In this document: positions 38,575-46,304 of the stretch, piece after piece | Layout of the letters: every line of letters begins with the position of its first letter | Position numbering within the stretch: the stretch's first letter is position 1 | Assembly: GCA_025062045.1 (NCBI GenBank) | Contig: JANXAF010000001.1 | Span: 141,256-205,255, forward strand | Reading direction: 5' to 3' | Source of the DNA: Thermodesulfobacteriota bacterium | GTDB lineage: Bacteria > Desulfobacterota > Syntrophorhabdia > Syntrophorhabdales > JANXAF01 | Length of the DNA: 64,000 nucleotides | The notes under the pieces: model-generated | Told to the model about the DNA's origin: nothing | The model's input: the letters and a program-made list of their open reading frames with translations, nothing else | Databases searched by the model: none | Made by a program: the position numbers and the translations under genes

Positions 38575-39927
38575 TTAATAGTCTCTGTATCTTTGGCCAC
38601 CATTTGCCATTGTAAAACCTAGTTCAGCTTGATACTCCTCCTCTTCGAGCTCTTTTTCCTTCGCCCATTCAGGAACTTCCCCATAGACCGGCATCCTATT
38701 GACGACCCATCTGAAGATCCAAAGCTGAGTAAAAACAATCGTTAAAGTTATAACTATCTCTTGCCACGTAGGTATGTACTTCTCGCTAAGCGGGAGGTAC
38801 CACTTGTAAGCGATCATGGAGTAGTTGATCCTGTTTATTATGACGCCGAGCATCGTTACTAAAGCCGCAACTCTAATGAGATTTATCCTTCTGTCCCTTT
38901 GCCCGTAGTAAAACATAAGGCAAGGAATGAGCACGAACCCTAAAACTTCCACAAGATACCAGATCCCCATGGGGCTTGAGATGTATACCCAGCTCTTTCC
39001 GTGTATGAAGATCAAAACCTTAAGGAAGAAGTACACAAAAAGTGTTATGGCACATCCTCTCGCAAGCCCAATAACTATATCATCGTAGTTTTTGAGATAC
39101 TCCTCAGACATCCTATGTCTGAAAACTTTCTTACTTATGGTCCCCTCAACAATCACACAGGAGAGTCCGGCAAATATACTGGAGACGAAAAAGAGAACCG
39201 GAATGAATTCCGTGTACCAGAGGGGGTGTAACTTATTCTTCGCCATCATAAATAGAGCTCCGAGCCCGGACTGGTGAAGGGTTGAGAGGGCTATTCCAAA
39301 GACGCACGCACCGAGCGTCATAGAGCTTAGAATCTTTCTTAGTCTTTTTAGCTCTAGCCACTCGGCAATGGCAGGAGAAAACTCTATAAACTGTGCGATC
39401 ATGTAAAGGAGAAAGTGCCATGCAACAAGAAAAAGTACTGAATTTACACCGAACTCATTTCCGATAATAGGGTTTAGAATGTTCCATTTCCTTCCTAAGT
39501 CCAAAAATATGGCGGATGCATAAAACACATAGGCCAAAAAACCGTTTAATATGGTCGCTCTCAAAATCGGATGGTATTTTTCGGCGTTAAGGATATAAAC
39601 GACGAATGCTAGGACATAGGCACCACCGGCGAATGGCACTCCAACCATGACGTTAAAACCTATAAATATGCCCCACGGAAAGTCTTGAGAAACGTTACTT
39701 CCGTGGGAGAGTCCGTAAAACATGTGGGTTATGATGAGATAGGTCCCCAAAAGGATAATAGGAAGAGTAATGACGTTAAATGCGGTAAGGACCTTTCCTT
39801 TTGGCTTTAATTCTTTAATGAGAAGTACAAGAAAACCGATGAAGTAAAAGGTTAAGAGAACTAGTTTCGATAACGCTAAAGTGAGACCATTTCTCGCAAT
39901 AGTTATGGATTCAAACTCTTTTCTCAT
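38575..39927 (-). CDS. NrfD/PsrC/HybB-family polytopic membrane (quinone-interacting) subunit
   Basis: 450 aa with about 10 TM helices and an acidic cytoplasmic C-terminal tail. ATGA overlap with the upstream Fe-S gene. Confidence 0.8.
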   Translation of the reverse strand: MRKEFESITIARNGLTLALSKLVLLTFYFIGFLVLLIKELKPKGKVLTAFNVITLPIILLGTYLIITHMFYGLSHGSNVSQDFPWGIFIGFNVMVGVPFAGGAYVLAFVVYILNAEKYHPILRATILNGFLAYVFYASAIFLDLGRKWNILNPIIGNEFGVNSVLFLVAWHFLLYMIAQFIEFSPAIAEWLELKRLRKILSSMTLGACVFGIALSTLHQSGLGALFMMAKNKLHPLWYTEFIPVLFFVSSIFAGLSCVIVEGTISKKVFRHRMSEEYLKNYDDIVIGLARGCAITLFVYFFLKVLIFIHGKSWVYISSPMGIWYLVEVLGFVLIPCLMFYYGQRDRRINLIRVAALVTMLGVIINRINYSMIAYKWYLPLSEKYIPTWQEIVITLTIVFTQLWIFRWVVNRMPVYGEVPEWAKEKELEEEEYQAELGFTMANGGQRYRDY

Positions 39928-40790
39928 CTTTCAATCTCCTTTTTACGTTCCTTAGTTAGGTAATGGATACCTGTGAGAAAAGCAGGCCAAAGGATTAGAA
40001 TCACAGGCACAGAGTAGAGAAAGCCTGTCGTGTATTCCGGATAAGGCGTGTAACCCAGATCCATCTGGAAGTTGAGCTTTTCAAATGGATAAGATGAGAT
40101 GTAGAGAAAGGCTGTGCCTCCGACCTCGTTTTCCCCGTAAATGTAAGGCACGTACAAACCGGGGGTTTGATAGATCCTCTTTTTTGCCTCATTTAAAATA
40201 TCCCTTCTTGTACCGAACGTTAAAGCCTCCTTTGGGCAGACTTCGACACAGGCTGGGACTTTCCCAGAACTTATCCTTCCGTAGCACATATCACACTTCA
40301 TGATCCTACCGAAGGCCTCGTCGTATTCGAATTTCGGTATGTCGAAAGGGCATGAAACCATGCAGTACCTGCAACCCATGCAGTTCTCATCCCAGGTTAC
40401 AGGTCCCTCCTTTCGCTTTTTCATTGCCTTTACAAGACAGGCTGCAACACATCCTGGTTGGTTGCAGTGCATACATTGAATTTTTACGTAGATCTCGCCT
40501 TTTTCTGTTAGGAACCTATTGACAACTGTGAGGGTTTTTTCATCCGGCTTTCTTATCTTTGTGAAGACACTTTTGTCCTCTATGTTTGGAATTGGAAGGG
40601 AGTGGGATTCCGCACAGCTCGCCTCACACGTCCTACAACCTATGCACCTTGTCGTATCGACAAGGACACCGAAAAACTCCTTAGTTTTCGCTTTTATCTC
40701 AGAAGAAAAGACGGTTTTGCTACAAATAGCCGAAGATGCGAAAAGACCAAGTCCCGAGAGGGCCACCTTAAGAAACTCTCGTCTTTTCAT
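39924..40790 (-). CDS. Tat-exported 4x[4Fe-4S] ferredoxin subunit with C-terminal TM anchor (HybA/NrfC/DsrO-like)
   Basis: Twin-arginine signal MKRREFLK. Four Cys clusters (CIGCRTCEASC, CMHCNQPGCVAAC, CMGCRYCMVSCP, CDMC...CVEVCP). C-terminal helix VPVILILWPAFLTGI. Confidence 0.9.
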   Translation of the reverse strand: MKRREFLKVALSGLGLFASSAICSKTVFSSEIKAKTKEFFGVLVDTTRCIGCRTCEASCAESHSLPIPNIEDKSVFTKIRKPDEKTLTVVNRFLTEKGEIYVKIQCMHCNQPGCVAACLVKAMKKRKEGPVTWDENCMGCRYCMVSCPFDIPKFEYDEAFGRIMKCDMCYGRISSGKVPACVEVCPKEALTFGTRRDILNEAKKRIYQTPGLYVPYIYGENEVGGTAFLYISSYPFEKLNFQMDLGYTPYPEYTTGFLYSVPVILILWPAFLTGIHYLTKERKKEIER

Positions 40791-41022
40791 CCTCTGCCTC
40801 CTCTTTTTCTTGAACTTTCTCTCCCCCGTCTGCTAGTGTGAAACCGAGCTCAGGAGTGTAAAACAGCGACTTTTCTCTAAGTTTTACTTCCATGGCCTTT
40901 TTTGTCGGATATAGACCCATAAAGAATAGATGCCATGCGAGATACCCGAAAATGAGCCCAAGGATCAATCCACCCCCCAAAAGAAGGACTGGGTAAATTT
41001 CTATGAATCTTCCGGCTTCCAT
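40768..41022 (-). CDS. 84-aa single-pass membrane protein with acidic tail
   Basis: GGAGGTGA SD 5 nt upstream of the ATG. One TM helix followed by basic residues. Carries the ELGFTLADGG motif shared with the NrfD-like C-terminus. 23-nt overlap with the next gene. Confidence 0.6.
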   Translation of the reverse strand: MEAGRFIEIYPVLLLGGGLILGLIFGYLAWHLFFMGLYPTKKAMEVKLREKSLFYTPELGFTLADGGEKVQEKEEAEDEKTRVS

Positions 41023-41052
41023 AAACTCACCTCCTTTCTAACTTATAAATTG

Positions 41053-41067
41053 GCAATATGCGTGCCA
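41053..41067 (-). promoter_or_regulatory. sigma-54 (-24/-12) promoter
   Basis: Minus strand reads TGGCAC-GCATA-TTGC (TGGCAC = 41067..41062, TTGC = 41056..41053), an exact match to TGGCAC-N5-TTGC. It lies 31 nt upstream of the ATG at 41022. Confidence 0.7.
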
Positions 41068-41159
41068 AACTTTTTGCTTTTCTCCCCTTCTGCTAACTAT
41101 TTGGTATTATTTGGGTTTTTTGAAAGAGTGTGGAAAAAATCAAAAGAAGGATTTATTAG

Positions 41160-41202
41160 ATCGTTGAATTTTTCAACGATGGGCTATTGAATTTTTCAAC
41201 GA
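41160..41202. promoter_or_regulatory. tandem palindromic enhancer-like (UAS) sites
   Basis: A perfect 21-bp palindrome ATCGTTGAA-TTT-TTCAACGAT (41160..41180). An exact 16-nt repeat of its core, TTGAATTTTTCAACGA, occurs at 41187..41202. Centres are 23 bp apart and about 104 and 127 bp upstream of the -24 element. Confidence 0.55.
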
Positions 41203-41414
41203 CTCGTGGATAGGTCCAATTCGTATCCTTCCGACTCAATAGCTCGTTTTAATGCCTCTAAATCTATTTCACCCTCGTACGTTACTTTTAGTGTTTCGGT
41301 CTCTACATTTGCCTCACACGCGATCACATTTTTTATCCGTTTTACGGCAGATTCGATCCTTCTTTCGCAATGACTACATCCCATGCCTTTTACTTGCAGG
41401 GTAATCGTTTTCAT
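41196..41414 (-). CDS. copZ: copper chaperone CopZ (HMA domain)
   Basis: 72 aa with the GMGCSHC metal-binding loop. Confidence 0.9.
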   Translation of the reverse strand: MKTITLQVKGMGCSHCERRIESAVKRIKNVIACEANVETETLKVTYEGEIDLEALKRAIESEGYELDLSTSR

Positions 41415-43867
41415 CTTCTTACTCCCAGATTGAGTGCTTTTATTCTCAAAGAATTGAGTACCACAAAAAGCGAGCTCAATGTCATCGCAAAGGAAGCATA
41501 AAGAGGTTTAAGTAGGATCTGAAACGTTGGATAGAATAGACCTGATGCGCACGGTATAAGAAGGACATTATAGAAAAAAGCCCAAAAAAGGTTTTCTTTT
41601 ACTATTTTATTCGTCTTTCTGGAGAGCTTTAAAAATCTCACTATGCCCCTTAAGTCCTCGTTTATGAGGATTACGTCAGACGTTTGAGCAGCGATATCCG
41701 TTCCCTTACCCATCGCGAATCCCAAATCAGAAAGGCTAAGGGCAGGAGCATCATTTATACCATCTCCCACCATCGCAACCTTATATCCTCTCTTTTTGAG
41801 ATCTTCAACTTTTAAAGACTTCTCATGGGGAAGCATATCTCCAAAGACTTCATCTATATTTGCTCTTTTAGCAAAGATTTTAGCCACATTCATGCTATCT
41901 CCAGTGAGAAGACCGATTCTTATCCCCATCTTTTTAAGTTCCGAAATAGTCTCAATCGATTCCTCTCTTAGCGTGTCCCCTATGGCTATAAAACCGGCAA
42001 GAATCCCATCAATTGCTACACAAAGACAAGTACTTCCGTCACCTGTTAGCCTTTCATAAACCTCTCTGTGAGGTTCTATTTCCACGCCCATTCTTTTTGC
42101 AAAAGATAGACTGCCAACTAGTACCTTTTTTGAAGTAACTTCTCCTATCAACCCTTCACCAGGAACGTAACTGAATGACTCCGGTTCAGAAAGAAAAAGA
42201 TTTCTTGCCATGGCGTATCTCACAATGGCACGTCCTAAAGGATGTTCAGAGTTCTTCTCAAGGGACCCTGCAATGGCAACGATCTCTTCCTCTTCAAACC
42301 CATTTACAGGAAAGACCGTCTTTACTTCCACTTTACCGTAAGTTAGAGTTCCCGTCTTGTCGATGAGTACGTAATTTATCTTTTTTGCCGAATCAAAAGC
42401 TTCCCCGTTTCTTACTAGGATTCCATACTCTGCCGCCTTTGAACTGGCCACAAAGATCGCAATCGGAGTTGCGAGACCCAAAGCGCAAGGACAAGCAACG
42501 ATGAGTACCGAAACGAAAATCATAAGCGAAAAAGAAGCCGGATATCCCGAAGTAAGCCAGACTAGAAAAGAAAAAAAGGCAATAAAAAAAACGGTGGGCA
42601 CAAAAATACTTGCTATCTTATCAGCCAGGGCTTGGACAGGTGCTTTTCGGGCTTGAGCCCTTTTTACCATCTCCACAATTTGGGAAAGAAGCGTATCCTT
42701 GCCGATTCTTTGCACCTTTAACTTGAATGCTCCTAAAAGGTTGAGACTCGAAGCGTAAACCCAATCCCCAGTCTTCTTCTCTTTAGGTATGGCTTCTCCT
42801 GTAATCGAAGACTCATCTAGTGTACCATACCCGTCTATTATCAGCCCATCTACAGGGATCCTCTCTCCTGGCCTCACAAGTAGTACGTCTTCTTCTTTTA
42901 TCTCCTTTAAAGGGACCTCTTTTATCTTTCCGTCTCTTATAACGGTTGCTTTTTTGGGTAGTAGTGAGGCCAGTCTTCTTATTGCCTCGTACGCTCTTTT
43001 TTTTGCCTTAAGTTCAAGAAGTCTTCCAAAGAGTACAAGCGTTATTATTACGGCACATGTCTCATAGTAAACATCGAGTGGTGGTGAACCTTTTTTTATA
43101 TATGGAAAAAAAGTATTGAAGGAACTGTATAGGTAAGCTGAACCACTACCCACCGAGATGAGCGCGTTCATATCGAATGAGAGATGCTTTGCGGAGCGCA
43201 AAAATGCGAAGAGAAATCCGCTTCCGCCGTAAAAAAAGATGGGCGTTGTGAGAAAAAAAAGGGCAAGGTTTATGCTCTGTCTGTCAAAGCTCATAAAAAA
43301 GAAGTGAAGAAACATATCCGAAAGGACAAAGAAAGTAAGAATAGCTGAAAGAACGAGTCTTTTTTTTAGTCGTTTCTTTTCTTTTTCTTTTTTTACTTCC
43401 TCGAATGATTCTACATCCTCATCCTCGATATGAAGAATTGAGAGTCCAAGATCGGTCAAAATCTTTTTCACATCTTCGAGAGAGACAATTGTCGGCACAA
43501 ACTCTACGGTTATTTCCTCTGCTAAGGGATTGACATGGACATACGTAATTCCGATCTTACTTTTAAGCCTTTTATCTATGATATCAAAAGCCGGGATCAT
43601 CGATAGTCCCTGAACAGGTATCACCGCTTTGTTTGTTTCAACCTCATAACCTAAATCTTTCACGGTTTTTATTATCTTTTCGAGCAACTCTCGAGAAAAT
43701 TCTTTGGCCTCTACGGTTGCCCTTTCCAAAACGAGATTCAACGAAACTCTTTCTAACTCCTTTATCTTCGAAAGGCTATCCTCTATTCTTTTCACACATG
43801 CAGAACAGGTCATACCGGATATTGGGATTATGAGTATTTGTGTCCCTTCTTGAGCCACCCGGTTCAT
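41411..43867 (-). CDS. copA: copper-translocating P1B-type ATPase
   Basis: HMA GMTCSAC, a second HMA-like repeat lacking the Cys pair (GLSMIPAF), TM CPC, DKTGTLT and GDGINDAP. ATG at 43867 chosen, because the TTG at 43912 would read through the hcp terminator. Confidence 0.9.
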   Translation of the reverse strand: MNRVAQEGTQILIIPISGMTCSACVKRIEDSLSKIKELERVSLNLVLERATVEAKEFSRELLEKIIKTVKDLGYEVETNKAVIPVQGLSMIPAFDIIDKRLKSKIGITYVHVNPLAEEITVEFVPTIVSLEDVKKILTDLGLSILHIEDEDVESFEEVKKEKEKKRLKKRLVLSAILTFFVLSDMFLHFFFMSFDRQSINLALFFLTTPIFFYGGSGFLFAFLRSAKHLSFDMNALISVGSGSAYLYSSFNTFFPYIKKGSPPLDVYYETCAVIITLVLFGRLLELKAKKRAYEAIRRLASLLPKKATVIRDGKIKEVPLKEIKEEDVLLVRPGERIPVDGLIIDGYGTLDESSITGEAIPKEKKTGDWVYASSLNLLGAFKLKVQRIGKDTLLSQIVEMVKRAQARKAPVQALADKIASIFVPTVFFIAFFSFLVWLTSGYPASFSLMIFVSVLIVACPCALGLATPIAIFVASSKAAEYGILVRNGEAFDSAKKINYVLIDKTGTLTYGKVEVKTVFPVNGFEEEEIVAIAGSLEKNSEHPLGRAIVRYAMARNLFLSEPESFSYVPGEGLIGEVTSKKVLVGSLSFAKRMGVEIEPHREVYERLTGDGSTCLCVAIDGILAGFIAIGDTLREESIETISELKKMGIRIGLLTGDSMNVAKIFAKRANIDEVFGDMLPHEKSLKVEDLKKRGYKVAMVGDGINDAPALSLSDLGFAMGKGTDIAAQTSDVILINEDLRGIVRFLKLSRKTNKIVKENLFWAFFYNVLLIPCASGLFYPTFQILLKPLYASFAMTLSSLFVVLNSLRIKALNLGVRR

Positions 43868-43897
43868 AAAAAAAGGGACGGAGGGTAGCCCTCCGTC
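43868..43897 (-). terminator. rho-independent terminator after hcp
   Basis: Minus strand reads GACGGAGGG-cta-CCCTCCGTC followed by CCTTTTTTT. The 9-bp GC-rich stem occupies 43877..43897 and the T7 run 43868..43874. The T-run leads directly into the copA ATG. Confidence 0.7.
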
Positions 43898-43902
43898 TAA
43901 AA

Positions 43903-45537
43903 TCAGACACAAGAAAGCATAGCTTTCACATCTTCTTCCGCAGAAGAGATCGGTTTTAGATCGAACCTTTCAACTATCATCTTTCCGACACGGGGAGAGA
44001 TAAAAGCAGGCAGTGTCGGGCCAAGCCTAATACCTTTAAAACCGAGATACAAAAGGGCAAGAAGGACACTTACCGCTTTCTGTTCATACCAGGCGATATC
44101 AAAAGAAATTGGTAGGCTATCTAGGTCCGAAAACCCAAGTAACTCCTTAAGTTTAAGCGCCACATATGCCAAGGAGTAGGAATCGTTACACTGGCCCGCA
44201 TCGATCACTCTTGGTATACCCTTTATATCACCGAGGGGTAAGGTGTTGTATCTGAATTTGGCGCACCCCGCAGTAAGTATCACTGTGTCTTTAGGCAAAA
44301 TCTTTGCGACTTCCGTAAAGTACTCCCTCGTCTTATGCCTTCCATCACAACCCGCCATCACTACGAATCTCTTTATATCTCCGGATTTTAAAAGATCCAA
44401 AATCCTATCCGCAAAAGATAGGATCTGATTGTGACCGAATCCTCCATAGATTTTTTTATCCTTTAACGGCTTTGGAGGAGAACATCTCTTAGCCACCTCA
44501 ATTATCTTTGTGAAATCTTTAGGCTTTCCATCTTCTCTGTCCGGGATGTGAATAGCCCCCGGATAGCTTACGGGACCTAGTGTGAATAACCTAGAAAGAT
44601 AGGTATTTTCCTTTCTTAGTGGGATTAAGCAGTTCGTTGTGGCAAGAATAGGTCCATTGAAGGATTCAAACTCGTCGTTTTGAGCTGGCCACGAACCTCC
44701 ATAGTTACCTATAAGATTTTTGAATTTTTTGAAGACAGGATAGAAGTGGGCTGGGAGCATCTCTCCGTGTGTGTAAACGTCTATGTTTTCACCCTGTGTC
44801 TGCTCAAGAAGCTCGTACAGATCTTTTAGATCGTGCCCTGTAATTAGGATCCCAGGGTTTGAGCCAACTTTTGTTTTTACTTCCGTAAACTCCGGGTGCC
44901 CGAAAGTCTTCGTATTTGCTTCATCAAGCAAAGCGATAGTTTTGACTGCAATCTCCCCGGTTTTTACAACAAGGGAGAAAAGTTCCTCTTCTTTTAGTTC
45001 CTTCGTTAGAGATGCCAAACCCTCAACTATGAAATTGTAAATTTCGTCACTCTCATAACCAAGATTCGCAGCATGTTCTGCATAAGCCGAAATACCCTTT
45101 ATTCCGAATGTGATTAGGGACTTTAAGGATCTTACGTCTTCATCGGGAATCGAGTTTATCCGAACTTCAAAAGAGGATGCTTTTTCTTTGATATCCTCCT
45201 TTTTATCAGCCGACCATGTCGCACAGTCAGGAAGATCAGTAAGTGGGGACTTTAGTTTTCCTTTTAAAGAATCGCGCAATCTCAGCCCCTCTTTTATCCT
45301 CTCGATTATAATTTCATCATCCCATCCCACATTGGTAAGTGTTGTAAAAAGGGCCCGACATAGAAACCTACCTATCTCTCGATCCAACTTTTCGAGTCTT
45401 GAAGCGTAAATGCTTATCCCCTTGCAAACGTAAATTAGAAGATCCTGTAAGTTCGCTGTAGTTTCGGTCTTGCCGCAAACTCCTCTCGTCGTGCAAGCTA
45501 CGTTCTTTGCCGTCTCCTGACACTGAAAACAAAACAT
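43903..45537 (-). CDS. hcp: hybrid-cluster protein / hydroxylamine reductase
   Basis: N-terminal MFCFQCQET...C...GVCGK cluster motif, 544 aa. Confidence 0.95.
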   Translation of the reverse strand: MFCFQCQETAKNVACTTRGVCGKTETTANLQDLLIYVCKGISIYASRLEKLDREIGRFLCRALFTTLTNVGWDDEIIIERIKEGLRLRDSLKGKLKSPLTDLPDCATWSADKKEDIKEKASSFEVRINSIPDEDVRSLKSLITFGIKGISAYAEHAANLGYESDEIYNFIVEGLASLTKELKEEELFSLVVKTGEIAVKTIALLDEANTKTFGHPEFTEVKTKVGSNPGILITGHDLKDLYELLEQTQGENIDVYTHGEMLPAHFYPVFKKFKNLIGNYGGSWPAQNDEFESFNGPILATTNCLIPLRKENTYLSRLFTLGPVSYPGAIHIPDREDGKPKDFTKIIEVAKRCSPPKPLKDKKIYGGFGHNQILSFADRILDLLKSGDIKRFVVMAGCDGRHKTREYFTEVAKILPKDTVILTAGCAKFRYNTLPLGDIKGIPRVIDAGQCNDSYSLAYVALKLKELLGFSDLDSLPISFDIAWYEQKAVSVLLALLYLGFKGIRLGPTLPAFISPRVGKMIVERFDLKPISSAEEDVKAMLSCV

Positions 45538-45598
45538 GCTTACCTCCTCATTTTTCGTTAAGCTTTCTTAATATTACCCCTTCTTTCATAAACTTTCT

Positions 45599-45612
45599 TT
45601 GCTCTAGATCAA
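45599..45612 (-). promoter_or_regulatory. FNR/CRP-type operator in the hcp promoter
   Basis: Minus strand reads TTGAT-CTAG-AGCAA, a 9/10 match to TTGAT-N4-ATCAA. TAATAT (-10) lies at 45576..45571. The site centre falls near -41.5 if the TSS is 7 nt past the -10. Confidence 0.5.
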
Positions 45613-45614
45613 AA

Positions 45615-46304
45615 TCACCCGGTAGATCCCTTCGTGACATCATCTATGGCATCGGGATCGATAATTACTATTTTTTTCCTCCTAGAGGCTATCCATCCCT
45701 TTGATTCCCAGTCTTTCAAGATTCTGCTCACGGAGTAAAGTGTTGTACAAGCGTATTGAGCAAGCTCTTCCCTCGATATCGGAAGATCGATAGAGATTCC
45801 CGCACTAACTCTTTTTCTCTCATATGCCGTGAGCCTTAGAAGAGCTCGACCTATTCTTTTTTTTAGGTCTTCCGAATAAAGCTCCAATAGCCGGTTTTGC
45901 ACCTCTTCAAATCGGTCTATTACGACCTTTAAGATATTCAGAGTCAATTGGGGGTATACCCTCAATGCTTCTAGTATCACACCTTTCGGCCATGAAAGTA
46001 CACTCGAATCGTGAACCGCTTCTGCACTCACCCCATAACATTTTTCACCAAAAAGCGAAGTGGCACCAAGTATTTCCCCAGGCCCAGCATACCTAATTAG
46101 GACCGATTTACCATCGTCATTTGTCTTAGTAAGCTTAAATTTTCCATTGAGCACAAGATAGAATCTCTGTGCAGTCTGCCCTTCGAGGAATAGTTTTCCT
46201 TTTTTTTTGACACTTCCATGGTCTGCACTTTTGATTATGCCTTCTTTTGCTTTCTCGCTCAGCCCTGATAATATTGCAAAATCGAATACATTCTCCTCAA
46301 TCAT
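45615..46304 (-). CDS. Crp/Fnr-family transcriptional regulator (HcpR-like by context)
   Basis: cNMP-binding-like beta-barrel plus C-terminal HTH (REELAQYACTTLYSVSRILKDWE). Its ATG overlaps the cbiH stop (ATGA). Confidence 0.85.
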   Translation of the reverse strand: MIEENVFDFAILSGLSEKAKEGIIKSADHGSVKKKGKLFLEGQTAQRFYLVLNGKFKLTKTNDDGKSVLIRYAGPGEILGATSLFGEKCYGVSAEAVHDSSVLSWPKGVILEALRVYPQLTLNILKVVIDRFEEVQNRLLELYSEDLKKRIGRALLRLTAYERKRVSAGISIDLPISREELAQYACTTLYSVSRILKDWESKGWIASRRKKIVIIDPDAIDDVTKGSTG

